This document shows positions 1 to 8,240 of a stretch of 64,000 nt of DNA, one piece after another. Source of the stretch: Chamaesiphon sp. OTE_75_metabat_556 (GTDB lineage: Bacteria > Cyanobacteriota > Cyanobacteriia > Cyanobacteriales > Chamaesiphonaceae); NCBI RefSeq assembly GCF_031378165.1, contig NZ_JANNDR010000585.1, positions 457 through 64,456 of the forward strand, in the 5' to 3' direction. The position numbers were made by a program, and so were the translations under genes. Numbering within the stretch: the stretch's first letter is position 1; the number at the start of each line of letters is the position of its first letter. The notes below the pieces were generated by a model that did not search any database, was not told the DNA's origin, and saw only the letters and a list, made by a program, of their open reading frames with translations.

Positions 1-28
1 TAATAGCGGAGATCTACAGATCTGACTG

Positions 29-74
29 AAAATTAGGGTAGGGGCAATTCATGAATTGCCCCTACCCTAATTTT
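29..74. repeat. 46-bp perfect palindrome, REP-like (core GTAGGGGCAATTCATGAATTGCCCCTAC)
   Basis: Perfect inverted repeat centred on CATG; same core at 18116-18151, degenerate copy at 27687-27718. Confidence 0.85.
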
Positions 75-279
75 TATACCCGCTTTCAGTAATATTCTTA
101 GTCCAAACTGACGTTAATTTAACTCCAGTTCTGGTTAATGCTCATACTTAACTACTTGTACTAAGCAGAGTTAGGAGACACTGGCGTTAAATTACTAACA
201 AAAATCGATCGAAACTACCCTCCTAAATTAGAATAACTATCGATCGAATTTGAATTATCCTCACGTCGTCTCTCGATCG

Positions 280-1566
280 CTACCTTTGTTTGCCAGCATC
301 CCAAGTACTAGCCGCCGTCGCGATTGCTTGCTCGACGGTCGTTTCACCCGACATCGCCGCCTGGAGATTTTCATAGATTGCTTTTTTGAGCAGATCGATA
401 TTTTTCAACGGTGGAATCAAGATCTCCGACTGCGCCAATTGCTCGGCACTAATCGACTTACCTCGATCCAGTGCCGAGTTATTTTTACTGTCTGCTAGTT
501 TGGCTTTATAGTCTGCCACTGCTTTGACATTAGAAGGCAAAGTATCCGAAGCCTGCGCAAAAGCTAATTGATTGGTGGCATTGGTAATAAATAGGGCAAA
601 TTTGACAGCAGCTTCCGGTAACTTACTAGTACGCGGAATCACCAGATTCATCACAGCGACACCTGTTTTACCCGTTTGTCCCGATATTTGGGGCGCGACA
701 GCAGAAATTTTGGCAATCTGTGGCGCGTTCTTGGCGATCGTTTCGATAAATGGTGCCCCAGCCGAGAGCATGGCAATTTCACCCGATTGGTAGAGTTGAA
801 TCCCTTGCTGGTGTCCCTGCGTCATCGCTTCCTTGGGCAGCAAGCCTTGCTTGTAGAGATCGACCCAATACTGAAATGCCGCTTTACCTGCTGAGGTATT
901 AAAGGCCGCCTTGCCTTGTTTGTCAACTAGTTGCACGCCCATCTGGACGAGGGATTCGAGGACATCGTTGCTATCTTCAGCCAGCAGGGTTGCAAAGAAG
1001 GCGTACTTACCAGTTTTCTCTTTGATCTGTTTGGCAGTTTGGGCGAGTTCTTGATAAGTCGTCGGCGGTTTGGCAATTCCCGCTTTGATGAATAGTTCTT
1101 GATTGTAAATCGTGACGTTGGTCGTCAGATACCAGGGCAGACTAAAGGTTTTGCCGTCTAAGGTGCCAGCTTGCCAAATGTTGGGAAGATATTCTTTATT
1201 CTCGCCCTTGGTTAAGACCGGATCGAGCTGCAACCAGGCATTTCTTGCTGCTAGTTGAATCGCAAAATCAGGGTTGAGATTGACCACATCAGGAGCTGTT
1301 TTTGCGGCCATTGCGGCTTGAATTTTGCCATGCATCGCCGACCACGGCACATCGACCCAATGGACTTTAATTGCGGGATTGGCAGTTTCAAATTTACCGA
1401 TCGCGTCTTTAAAATAGTCGTTAAATTTGGGCTGAAGTTGCATCGTCCAAAATTCTAACTGTGGAGCTTTGGCACTGGGGGACTTCAAGCAACTCACCAC
1501 TCCAGTGAGGATTAACCCCAATAAGCCACAGATCAGAAACCGACGAAAATTAGCAAGCTTAAACAT
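280..1566 (-). CDS. Sugar ABC transporter substrate-binding lipoprotein
   Basis: Lipobox VVSC, FWTMQL and WVDVPW, PWYLTT motifs typical of the cyanobacterial SBP family 1 protein. Confidence 0.85.
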   Translation of the reverse strand: MFKLANFRRFLICGLLGLILTGVVSCLKSPSAKAPQLEFWTMQLQPKFNDYFKDAIGKFETANPAIKVHWVDVPWSAMHGKIQAAMAAKTAPDVVNLNPDFAIQLAARNAWLQLDPVLTKGENKEYLPNIWQAGTLDGKTFSLPWYLTTNVTIYNQELFIKAGIAKPPTTYQELAQTAKQIKEKTGKYAFFATLLAEDSNDVLESLVQMGVQLVDKQGKAAFNTSAGKAAFQYWVDLYKQGLLPKEAMTQGHQQGIQLYQSGEIAMLSAGAPFIETIAKNAPQIAKISAVAPQISGQTGKTGVAVMNLVIPRTSKLPEAAVKFALFITNATNQLAFAQASDTLPSNVKAVADYKAKLADSKNNSALDRGKSISAEQLAQSEILIPPLKNIDLLKKAIYENLQAAMSGETTVEQAIATAASTWDAGKQR

Positions 1567-1777
1567 GAGCTGAGATACCCCTCGATCGACATCCAGGTAT
1601 TATCGACGATCTGGGCGATCGCGGCTAGGGGGTAAGTAATTCGCGATTTCTTGACTATCCATCAGTTGAGGATGTCGCTGGTGGCGATCGAGAATAGATC
1701 TGACAATTCGGTAGCTGATGAGCGGAGAGGGGAGAGGGGAGAGAAATATTCTCCCCGTTTAACCGTTGTTTCGGCTG

Positions 1778-2227
1778 TTAGATATTTCCCCGAATTTCCA
1801 TCACGACGCCATCGTGCAGCAGGACTTCAACATTCATTTTGGAGATCAAATTATCACCGAGTTTGACAGAAAAGTAACCCTCGACTTGACCTTGACTGAC
1901 TTCCTGTTTGAGTTCGAGAAATTGAACTTGTTGGAGCTGTTGCAGAGCCATGTTTTTTTGTTCGAGCAGCTCGCTTTTTTGCTGATTGACTTGCATTTGA
2001 ATGCTCTCAATCTGTTGAACTACTTGGGGACCAGGCGGTTGCAGGCTCTGCTTTTGGATTTCAGCGACTGCTCTTTGTCCCTGAATTTCGAGTTGCTGTA
2101 GCTGGCCATCGAGTTCGCTAATTTGGGTTTGTAATAGTTGCTGGGTTTCATCTTTCCAGCGTTGGGTTACGACAGCTTTAATACTGACGACCCGTTTGAG
2201 TAATAATTGAGAGTCTGGTAGATCCAT
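1778..2227 (-). CDS. YlqD family protein
   Basis: LLLKR...KAVVT.RWK start, Q-rich coiled coil, C-terminal DGVVMEIRG; usual neighbour of cyanobacterial aas. Confidence 0.8.
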   Translation of the reverse strand: MDLPDSQLLLKRVVSIKAVVTQRWKDETQQLLQTQISELDGQLQQLEIQGQRAVAEIQKQSLQPPGPQVVQQIESIQMQVNQQKSELLEQKNMALQQLQQVQFLELKQEVSQGQVEGYFSVKLGDNLISKMNVEVLLHDGVVMEIRGNI

Positions 2228-2320
2228 GATTTAGGTAATTTTGGTGACTAGTGGCTATTGGTTTAGTGGCTAGCGGCGTTACCCCATACCCTATTTCCTA
2301 ATTTAGCAATTCGCCTCAGG

Positions 2321-4288
2321 CTAGGCTTTGCCTGCGAACATCTCGTCAATCATACCGTGATACCGTTCCATCACAACTGGACGTCGAATTTTCAGGGTTT
2401 GGGTCAAGAGGCCATTGTCGATGCTGAATGGTTCGGCAATCAACCTGATGGTGGCGATTCGATCGTCAACCCGATAACCGGGGCGGTTTTTGACTTCGCG
2501 GTTGAGTTCGTTGCGGAAGAGGTCGATAATTTGACTGTTATCAAGGGCTTTGGCATATTCGCTCGGATCTTGAGAATTAACGGGCAAGTTTTGGCTATCT
2601 GCCCAAGCTTGTAAGGCTTCGGAGTTAGGGACGATTAGCGCGCCGAGTGACTTTTGGTCTTGACCGACGAGGATGATTTGACCGATATAGGGACTGCGCA
2701 GACAGGCATCTTCGATCGGGGTAGGTTCGATATTTTCACCATTACTGAGGACGATCGTATCTTTGGCACGGCCAGTAATCGTCAGATCCCGATTGGCGGT
2801 GAGCATCCCCAAGTCGCCGCTATTGAACCAGCCGTCAGAATCGATCGCTTTGGCGGTAGCTGCGGGATCGCGGTAATAGCCCTGCATGACTTGGGGGCCA
2901 CGAATCAAGACTAATCCTTTGTGACCGATCGATACTGACTCGCGCGTTTCGACATCGACGATTTTGATCTCGGTACCTGGTAACGGTTGTCCTGACGAGA
3001 GGCGGAGATTTTGCCACGGACGGCGGACATTGGTAATCGGTGCGGTTTCGGTCAAGCCATAGCCGACGAGGATATCGACGCCGATCATCTCAAAAAAGAG
3101 ATCGAGATGTTTGGCCAAAGACCCACCACCGCTGATAATATGTCTGATTTTGCCACCAGTTGCCGCCCGAATTTTGGTGTAGATGAGTTTGTCGGCGATC
3201 GCGTGAATGGGAGCCAGTGCTGTCATCTGAAGGCGCGCAGTTAACTTTTGACTCAGTGTGGGTTGGAGACACTCTAGGCTCAAACCTTGGACAATGCGCC
3301 GGGCTTCGATGTACTGTTGGCTGGCTGCCAAAAATGTCTCGACCAACTTCTGCTGATTGGGCGACTGGTCGCGGAATTGCTTCTGAATGCCCTCATAAAT
3401 CGACTCAGACAGTCGTGGTACGGCGACGAGATATTCTGGCTGATAATCCTTCAAATCCTGCTTGAAATAGCGAATATTGGTATAAGTCTGCGTACAGCCT
3501 TGGGAAAGCAGATAGTATTCACACGATCGCTCGTAACTATGCCACGAGGGTAAGATACTCAATACTCTTGACCCTGGCGTTGCTGGAATCACCGACCCAC
3601 AAGTATTGACTTGATGCAGGAGGTTGCCATGTGAGAGCATCACGCCCTTGGGATTGCCAGAAGTACCGGAAGTATAAATGAGGGTGGCTAAATCGGTTGT
3701 TTCCAGCGCGACGGGGATCAACTCGGCAGTGCGACCGAGATCGATCGTCTGACTAAAGTTGACAAGTTTAGATGGCGTTTCTGCATCGGTATTTTCGTCA
3801 GATAGTAAAATAATTAATTTAATTGGCAAATTAGCTAATCGATCGCTCAACTTTTCGAGCGTTTTCAGATCTTCAACTACCAAAGTTTGGGCTTGGCTAT
3901 TATCTAAAATCGAGAGTAATTCTTGCGAATCTGCTTGCGAACTCCGGACGGCATTAAAGGCACCTGCCAACATGATGCCCTGATCGGCAATCAACCACCG
4001 AGGACTATTGTCAGCAAACAGCGCGATCGCTTGACGAGGCTGAATCCCCAAGCTCTGAATGCCCGTCGCAAATAGGTGAATTTGCGTCGCTAGTTCTCGA
4101 TAGGTCAGGCTAATTTCTGGTTTGCTATGGGGCGCATGTACCGCCACGACATCACCACACTTGGCCGCCACGATCGGCCAGATTTCAGGGATGGAATTAA
4201 TTTGGGTATAATCGATCGTCTGGCTGAGATTTTGCCGCTCTCGATCGCTTAATAAATAAGGATAGTTGTCAAAGTTAAAAGTTGTCAT
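2321..4288 (-). CDS. aas: Long-chain acyl-ACP/CoA synthetase (AMP-binding)
   Basis: YTSGTSGNPKG AMP-binding motif, GYGLTET, GWFNSGDLG. Confidence 0.85.
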   Translation of the reverse strand: MTTFNFDNYPYLLSDRERQNLSQTIDYTQINSIPEIWPIVAAKCGDVVAVHAPHSKPEISLTYRELATQIHLFATGIQSLGIQPRQAIALFADNSPRWLIADQGIMLAGAFNAVRSSQADSQELLSILDNSQAQTLVVEDLKTLEKLSDRLANLPIKLIILLSDENTDAETPSKLVNFSQTIDLGRTAELIPVALETTDLATLIYTSGTSGNPKGVMLSHGNLLHQVNTCGSVIPATPGSRVLSILPSWHSYERSCEYYLLSQGCTQTYTNIRYFKQDLKDYQPEYLVAVPRLSESIYEGIQKQFRDQSPNQQKLVETFLAASQQYIEARRIVQGLSLECLQPTLSQKLTARLQMTALAPIHAIADKLIYTKIRAATGGKIRHIISGGGSLAKHLDLFFEMIGVDILVGYGLTETAPITNVRRPWQNLRLSSGQPLPGTEIKIVDVETRESVSIGHKGLVLIRGPQVMQGYYRDPAATAKAIDSDGWFNSGDLGMLTANRDLTITGRAKDTIVLSNGENIEPTPIEDACLRSPYIGQIILVGQDQKSLGALIVPNSEALQAWADSQNLPVNSQDPSEYAKALDNSQIIDLFRNELNREVKNRPGYRVDDRIATIRLIAEPFSIDNGLLTQTLKIRRPVVMERYHGMIDEMFAGKA

Positions 4289-4557
4289 AATTGCGATTCA
4301 TCCAAATTTTCATAAGGTTAAACTGTGTTAAGTTACCACAGCCGCCAACCCGTTCGATATTTATAGATTAACTGGCGATCGATCCCGATCGATCTGCGAT
4401 TGTGACAGAACTTAAGGTGGCTACGATCGATAATAGTCGATTCCGATCGCCTCAAGAACGCAAAAAAATACTCAGACCGATGACTAGTGGCTGAGTGAGG
4501 TCAAGATCTTGACTGGCTGGCACAAAATCTCAACATAGTTATTCGGATCGAGTTAAT

Positions 4558-4977
4558 TCAAGCTAGTGAATCTGTATATTGCTGCTGCAACCTGCTCGGA
4601 ACGCGGATCGGTTTGTTGGTTTGCAGATTGACAAAAATCCCTGTTTGCTGGGCGATCGCGGCAACTTTACCTGCATTCGATATTTCGGCACTTACAGTCC
4701 AACGGAGTGTTGCTAATGATGCGACCCACATGGTGCTCGTCGGTCGATCGCCCATTTTGAGTGCCTGTTTGTAGTCAATATTTGTTTGTAAAACAACGGG
4801 TGCCAACCCATCGCGAACTTGCTCGGCAATCGGATAATGGCGGTTCATAATTTCGATCCGCAGGTCTTCTAACCAGCGAATATAGACAATATTGCTGACT
4901 ACTCCAGCAAAATCAATATCGTAGGTTCTGATGGGAATTTGGAGTGTCACCTCTAAGGCTCTAGTAACTTGGGTCAT
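4558..4977 (-). CDS. Acyl-CoA thioesterase (4HBT/YbgC hot-dog fold)
   Basis: YDIDFAGVVSNIVYIRWLE motif; start moved from the track's 5010 to the ATG at 4977. Confidence 0.85.
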   Translation of the reverse strand: MTQVTRALEVTLQIPIRTYDIDFAGVVSNIVYIRWLEDLRIEIMNRHYPIAEQVRDGLAPVVLQTNIDYKQALKMGDRPTSTMWVASLATLRWTVSAEISNAGKVAAIAQQTGIFVNLQTNKPIRVPSRLQQQYTDSLA

Positions 4978-4985
4978 ACCATAAG

Positions 4986-5040
4986 TTGTAAAATGCAAGT
5001 TACATTTCAACTTAGCAGAAATAGCTTGTAAAATGCAAGT
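4986..5040. promoter_or_regulatory. Two identical 15-bp boxes TTGTAAAATGCAAGT, probable operators of the adjacent HxlR regulator
   Basis: Exact direct repeats at 4986-5000 and 5026-5040, each an imperfect palindrome, between the divergent thioesterase and hxlR-type genes. Confidence 0.6.
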
Positions 5041-5070
5041 AGACTCATTTTTTAAGGCGATCGCCCACAG

Positions 5071-5415
5071 ATGACACTATCCAGTCGTTCTCCTTGCCCT
5101 ATTGCCTGTACGCTCGATCTGATTGGCGATCGCTGGACGCTGCTAGTGATTCGCGACATGATGTTTTTTGGCAAACAACGCTTTGAGGAGTTTTTGGAAT
5201 CCCCCGAAGGCATTTCGACGAATATTTTAGCCAGTCGGCTCAAGTCATTAGAAGAATTGGGGCTGGTATCAAAACAGCCTTATAGCAACCATTCCAAACG
5301 GATGAATTATCTATTGACTGAAAAAGGTCGAAGCTTGAAACCAGTGTTAAAGATCGTGGCGGCTTGGGGTTTGAAGCATGTAGACGGCACGCAAGTGCCA
5401 CAAAAATTTTGCTAA
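5071..5415 (+). CDS. HxlR/DUF24 family winged-helix regulator
   Basis: CPIACTLDLIGDRWTLLVIRD ... ISTNILASRLKSL ... YLLTEKG. Confidence 0.92.
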   Translation: MTLSSRSPCPIACTLDLIGDRWTLLVIRDMMFFGKQRFEEFLESPEGISTNILASRLKSLEELGLVSKQPYSNHSKRMNYLLTEKGRSLKPVLKIVAAWGLKHVDGTQVPQKFC

Positions 5416-5460
5416 CACCAGGATAGTGCGATAAGTGAATCTACATAATCGATCGAAGAC

Positions 5461-6531
5461 ATGAAAAATTATCGGACCTTAGTAAATCCGCAAACATACC
5501 ACATAGCGATCGCTTATCTCGATCGACTCAAAGCTGGCGATCTAGCTGGTGAATATTTACACGATCGATTAAAAGATCTCGATCTCGATCGCATTACCAT
5601 CCCAGAATTTATCGAACTGTTGGTACGAACTAAGCGTCCACAGATTTTTGCTGAAGATGCTATCTATGGAAATGGCCTTGATTGGAATCAAGATGAGCTG
5701 GCGATCTTGGGCGATTTGAGTATCGTTACACCTGTTACTGTCTATGATAATGGCAAACATCGCCAGCCCGATCTGCATGAAGTGCCATTTCCCGCGACGC
5801 TGATTTTCACTCCAGGCGCACTACTCCGAAATGGTCATCAGATTGCGCCTGTTGACTGGGAAGAAGTGACTAGTAATGGGGAAATTAACTCAGAGGGATA
5901 CTACCGACTCTACGAGCGGAGATTTTTACCAGCATTTATTTATGCCAACGATCGAGCCAAACAGGATGACAAGCAAGCTTTGATAACAATTCCAGGCATG
6001 GGGTGCGGACAATTTGCGGGGGTATTTAGAGGACAACTAGGTGCCGAGCTGCGAAACACACTGGTGAGATTTTTACAAACTCATAGCAGTAAGTTTTCAC
6101 ATATTAAAGTCGTCTATTACGATCCATATAGCGAATGCGACAATGAGCGAATCGAGATCGATGGTATTAGTTTGTTGGTTCGACCATTATTAAAAGGCAA
6201 TGCCAACAAACCGCAGTTATGCAGACCCCAAATGTATGCAGAAGCGGGAGATGATTTTACCAACCTGGAATTATTTAGCTTTGTGGCTTGGGATCATGTA
6301 TCGTGGCCGGGGAATGATTTTTATATCGGTGCTCGATCGACCGATGATGGCGTCAAAGCGGCGGCAACCAATGTAATGGCAGTGATGACGGGGATTGAAG
6401 GCAGCTACAATTCGCAAATTAACCATTACACTCAGCCACGAGGATATGCAACGTGGGAAGAAGTCGTCAGAAAAGATCGGATTCAGTTAGAAGTCGTTAA
6501 TAATCTCCTCGTTTTGCCATCAATCAGTTAA
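5461..6531 (+). CDS. Macrodomain-like protein, probable MavL/DUF4804-type ADP-ribosyl hydrolase
   Basis: IPGMGCGQFAG diphosphate-binding loop and AWDHVSWPGNDFYIGARSTDDG motif, matching my recollection of Legionella MavL. Confidence 0.6.
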   Translation: MKNYRTLVNPQTYHIAIAYLDRLKAGDLAGEYLHDRLKDLDLDRITIPEFIELLVRTKRPQIFAEDAIYGNGLDWNQDELAILGDLSIVTPVTVYDNGKHRQPDLHEVPFPATLIFTPGALLRNGHQIAPVDWEEVTSNGEINSEGYYRLYERRFLPAFIYANDRAKQDDKQALITIPGMGCGQFAGVFRGQLGAELRNTLVRFLQTHSSKFSHIKVVYYDPYSECDNERIEIDGISLLVRPLLKGNANKPQLCRPQMYAEAGDDFTNLELFSFVAWDHVSWPGNDFYIGARSTDDGVKAAATNVMAVMTGIEGSYNSQINHYTQPRGYATWEEVVRKDRIQLEVVNNLLVLPSIS

Positions 6532-6613
6532 TGATGAAATGTTGGATCTCGATATTTCTAACGGCGATCGAAAGCATTGCCTCACAGTTCTGATTTACCC
6601 TCCCCTGCATCAT
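6524..6613 (-). pseudogene. 5' fragment of clan AA aspartic protease-like gene
   Basis: MMQGRVNQNCEAMLSIAVRN, overlapping the upstream stop (ATGA); stops after 29 codons, before any DTG motif. Confidence 0.55.
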
Positions 6614-6885
6614 CGAGTTTCTCTCAAACTCCGCGCCCCAAAATGGTAGACCGCTCTGTGTCCAATCCGAATAAACCAAGTTTGAGCATCGGGGTACTTG
6701 GCGAGCAGATGCTCGGATGCGGTCACGATATCGTCTGCCACCTCAAAGGCTCCGGTTTCGATATCGATCGCCACAATCTTCCCGTGATTACCTGCTTCGA
6801 CTTGCGATCGAATCTGTGAATTATAAAGCGCATCGCCTCATTGGGCAAATTCTTCTTTGCTGTAGCGGGGTTGTCTGACTGCCAT
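6610..6885 (-). pseudogene. Small conserved cyanobacterial protein (DUF5678-like) with in-frame TGA
   Basis: MAVRQPRYSKEEFAQ*GDALYNSQIRSQVEAGNHGKIVAIDIETGAFEVADD...; TGA at 6838-6840, likely CGA>TGA; not in the ORF track. Confidence 0.7.
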
Positions 6886-6995
6886 TGACTTTGCCTCGTT
6901 TCAACTGTGCCCCTTTATTTTAACCTGGGCGATCGCCTCTAGCCTGTACGGCTACGATCGCACTCCAGCCAAAGACGTTGCATAATCTTAATTCT

Positions 6996-7082
6996 GTCTA
7001 ACGGACTGTGCCTCACCGGACGCATTTGCACGTTGCAACAACCCAAGTATACTGACGTTCCACGTGCAGGTGCTTGTTATAT
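6996..7082 (-). other. Integron attC recombination site (87 bp)
   Basis: Minus strand: R'' ATATAAC, L'' arm CACCTGCAC, L' arm GTGAGGCAC with one extrahelical base, R' GTTAGAC; starts about 30 bp after the stop of the 273-aa ORF. Confidence 0.75.
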
Positions 7083-7957
7083 GCCTATGTTTAATAATGA
7101 GAATTATTTTTCTACATTTTTTCTGCAAGTATTTCTGCAATAAAATTATCAAAACTAACTGGATCAGAATGCGATTCAAAATACTTTTCCGCAAAACCCT
7201 CACAGGAATTAAATACTGAGATACTGCTGGGACGAATACCATTCATGATTTCAATGAGAGGTCGCCACACATTGAGTAGTACGTTTGTCAGGTTGAGTGA
7301 AATATTGAGTTCTTCTGAATCTGGTTTTTCTAGTCGAAGTAAACAATGTGCAAATCTGGATGTACCATGAACCTCCTTTTGTCGATGTTCACGATCAAAT
7401 TCAAATGCAGCGATAATATGTCCAACAAAGTATTTATATGGATTTTCTGGTGAAACAACCCATTTTTTAAATGCTTTAAATTTACTTCGATCAGACATAC
7501 GTTTCCCACAATCAGCGATGTAGAGCAAATCAAAAAAACACTCAAGAGCAATTCTACTTGCGATGATCTGATACTGGTCGAGGACAGCCGATGCCATCCA
7601 ATGGCTGGGATACACCCAAACTCCTTCATGATAGCTGGGGCCATAGACAGCATTTGATATACCAGATGAAACAGTAAGCATGTCCATTTGTAAGAGGAAA
7701 CGAAAAGTGGCATCTGCTAGCTTGCGTCTTTGTGGCTCATCCATTTGACGAGCTGTAGATGTGGACATCAAGTCCTTAACCTGAGGAAACGGAGTATGTT
7801 GTTGCTTAATCTCGATCTGGTCAGAGCCATATCTTTCTTTTTCAGCAGTTAAACGTACAACATCCATTCTTTCAACTAGAGCATCTAGCGAGAGCTGATT
7901 GATATCGTCCGAGCTATAAGGTGTTAGAGCCATACCTGAAAGTACATTTCCATATAA
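7002..7957 (-). mobile_element. Integron-type gene cassette (956 bp)
   Basis: Begins G|TTATATG, complementary over 8 nt to its own R'' (CATATAAC); single ORF with a 24-bp leader; ends in attC. Confidence 0.72.
7112..7933 (-). CDS. Hypothetical protein with HEPN-like RxxxxH motif (possible RNase/defence effector)
   Basis: Predicted helical; IIASRIALECFFD followed by RQKEVH; AT-rich; no CGATCG found by eye. Confidence 0.55.
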   Translation of the reverse strand: MALTPYSSDDINQLSLDALVERMDVVRLTAEKERYGSDQIEIKQQHTPFPQVKDLMSTSTARQMDEPQRRKLADATFRFLLQMDMLTVSSGISNAVYGPSYHEGVWVYPSHWMASAVLDQYQIIASRIALECFFDLLYIADCGKRMSDRSKFKAFKKWVVSPENPYKYFVGHIIAAFEFDREHRQKEVHGTSRFAHCLLRLEKPDSEELNISLNLTNVLLNVWRPLIEIMNGIRPSSISVFNSCEGFAEKYFESHSDPVSFDNFIAEILAEKM

Positions 7958-8118
7958 CTATTATTTAGACTGACGGATTCAGTCTAATACCCCCGTTTGA
8001 GTTAGTTAGATGGACAAATTTCCACCTAATACCGGAAAAACGGGGTATTGTATTGACACTTTTCCACCCAACACCCCCAGATCGGATATTTAGGGTGAAT
8101 TGATTCAGCCTAAATATC
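7952..8118 (-). other. attI-like site plus four palindromic units at 42-bp period
   Basis: GTCTAAA-TAATA-GTTATAT (7-5-7 like the attI1 core); 9-(5/6)-9 inverted repeats ending at 7987, 8029, 8071, 8113. Confidence 0.6.
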
Positions 8119-8240
8119 CTAGATGCTAGTCGATCGAATTTGACACCATGTGTAACGATCGTTAATCCTGACTATATGCAGAGGCAGACGATCGCCACAT
8201 CAAAATCCCACAGGGGTTTTATAGTGCGATCGAGTCGTAA

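Noticed and set aside
7960-8118. 42-bp periodic array as a CRISPR array
   Set aside because: Units are too divergent, the gaps are only about 18 bp, and there are no cas genes; it fits a protein-binding array better.
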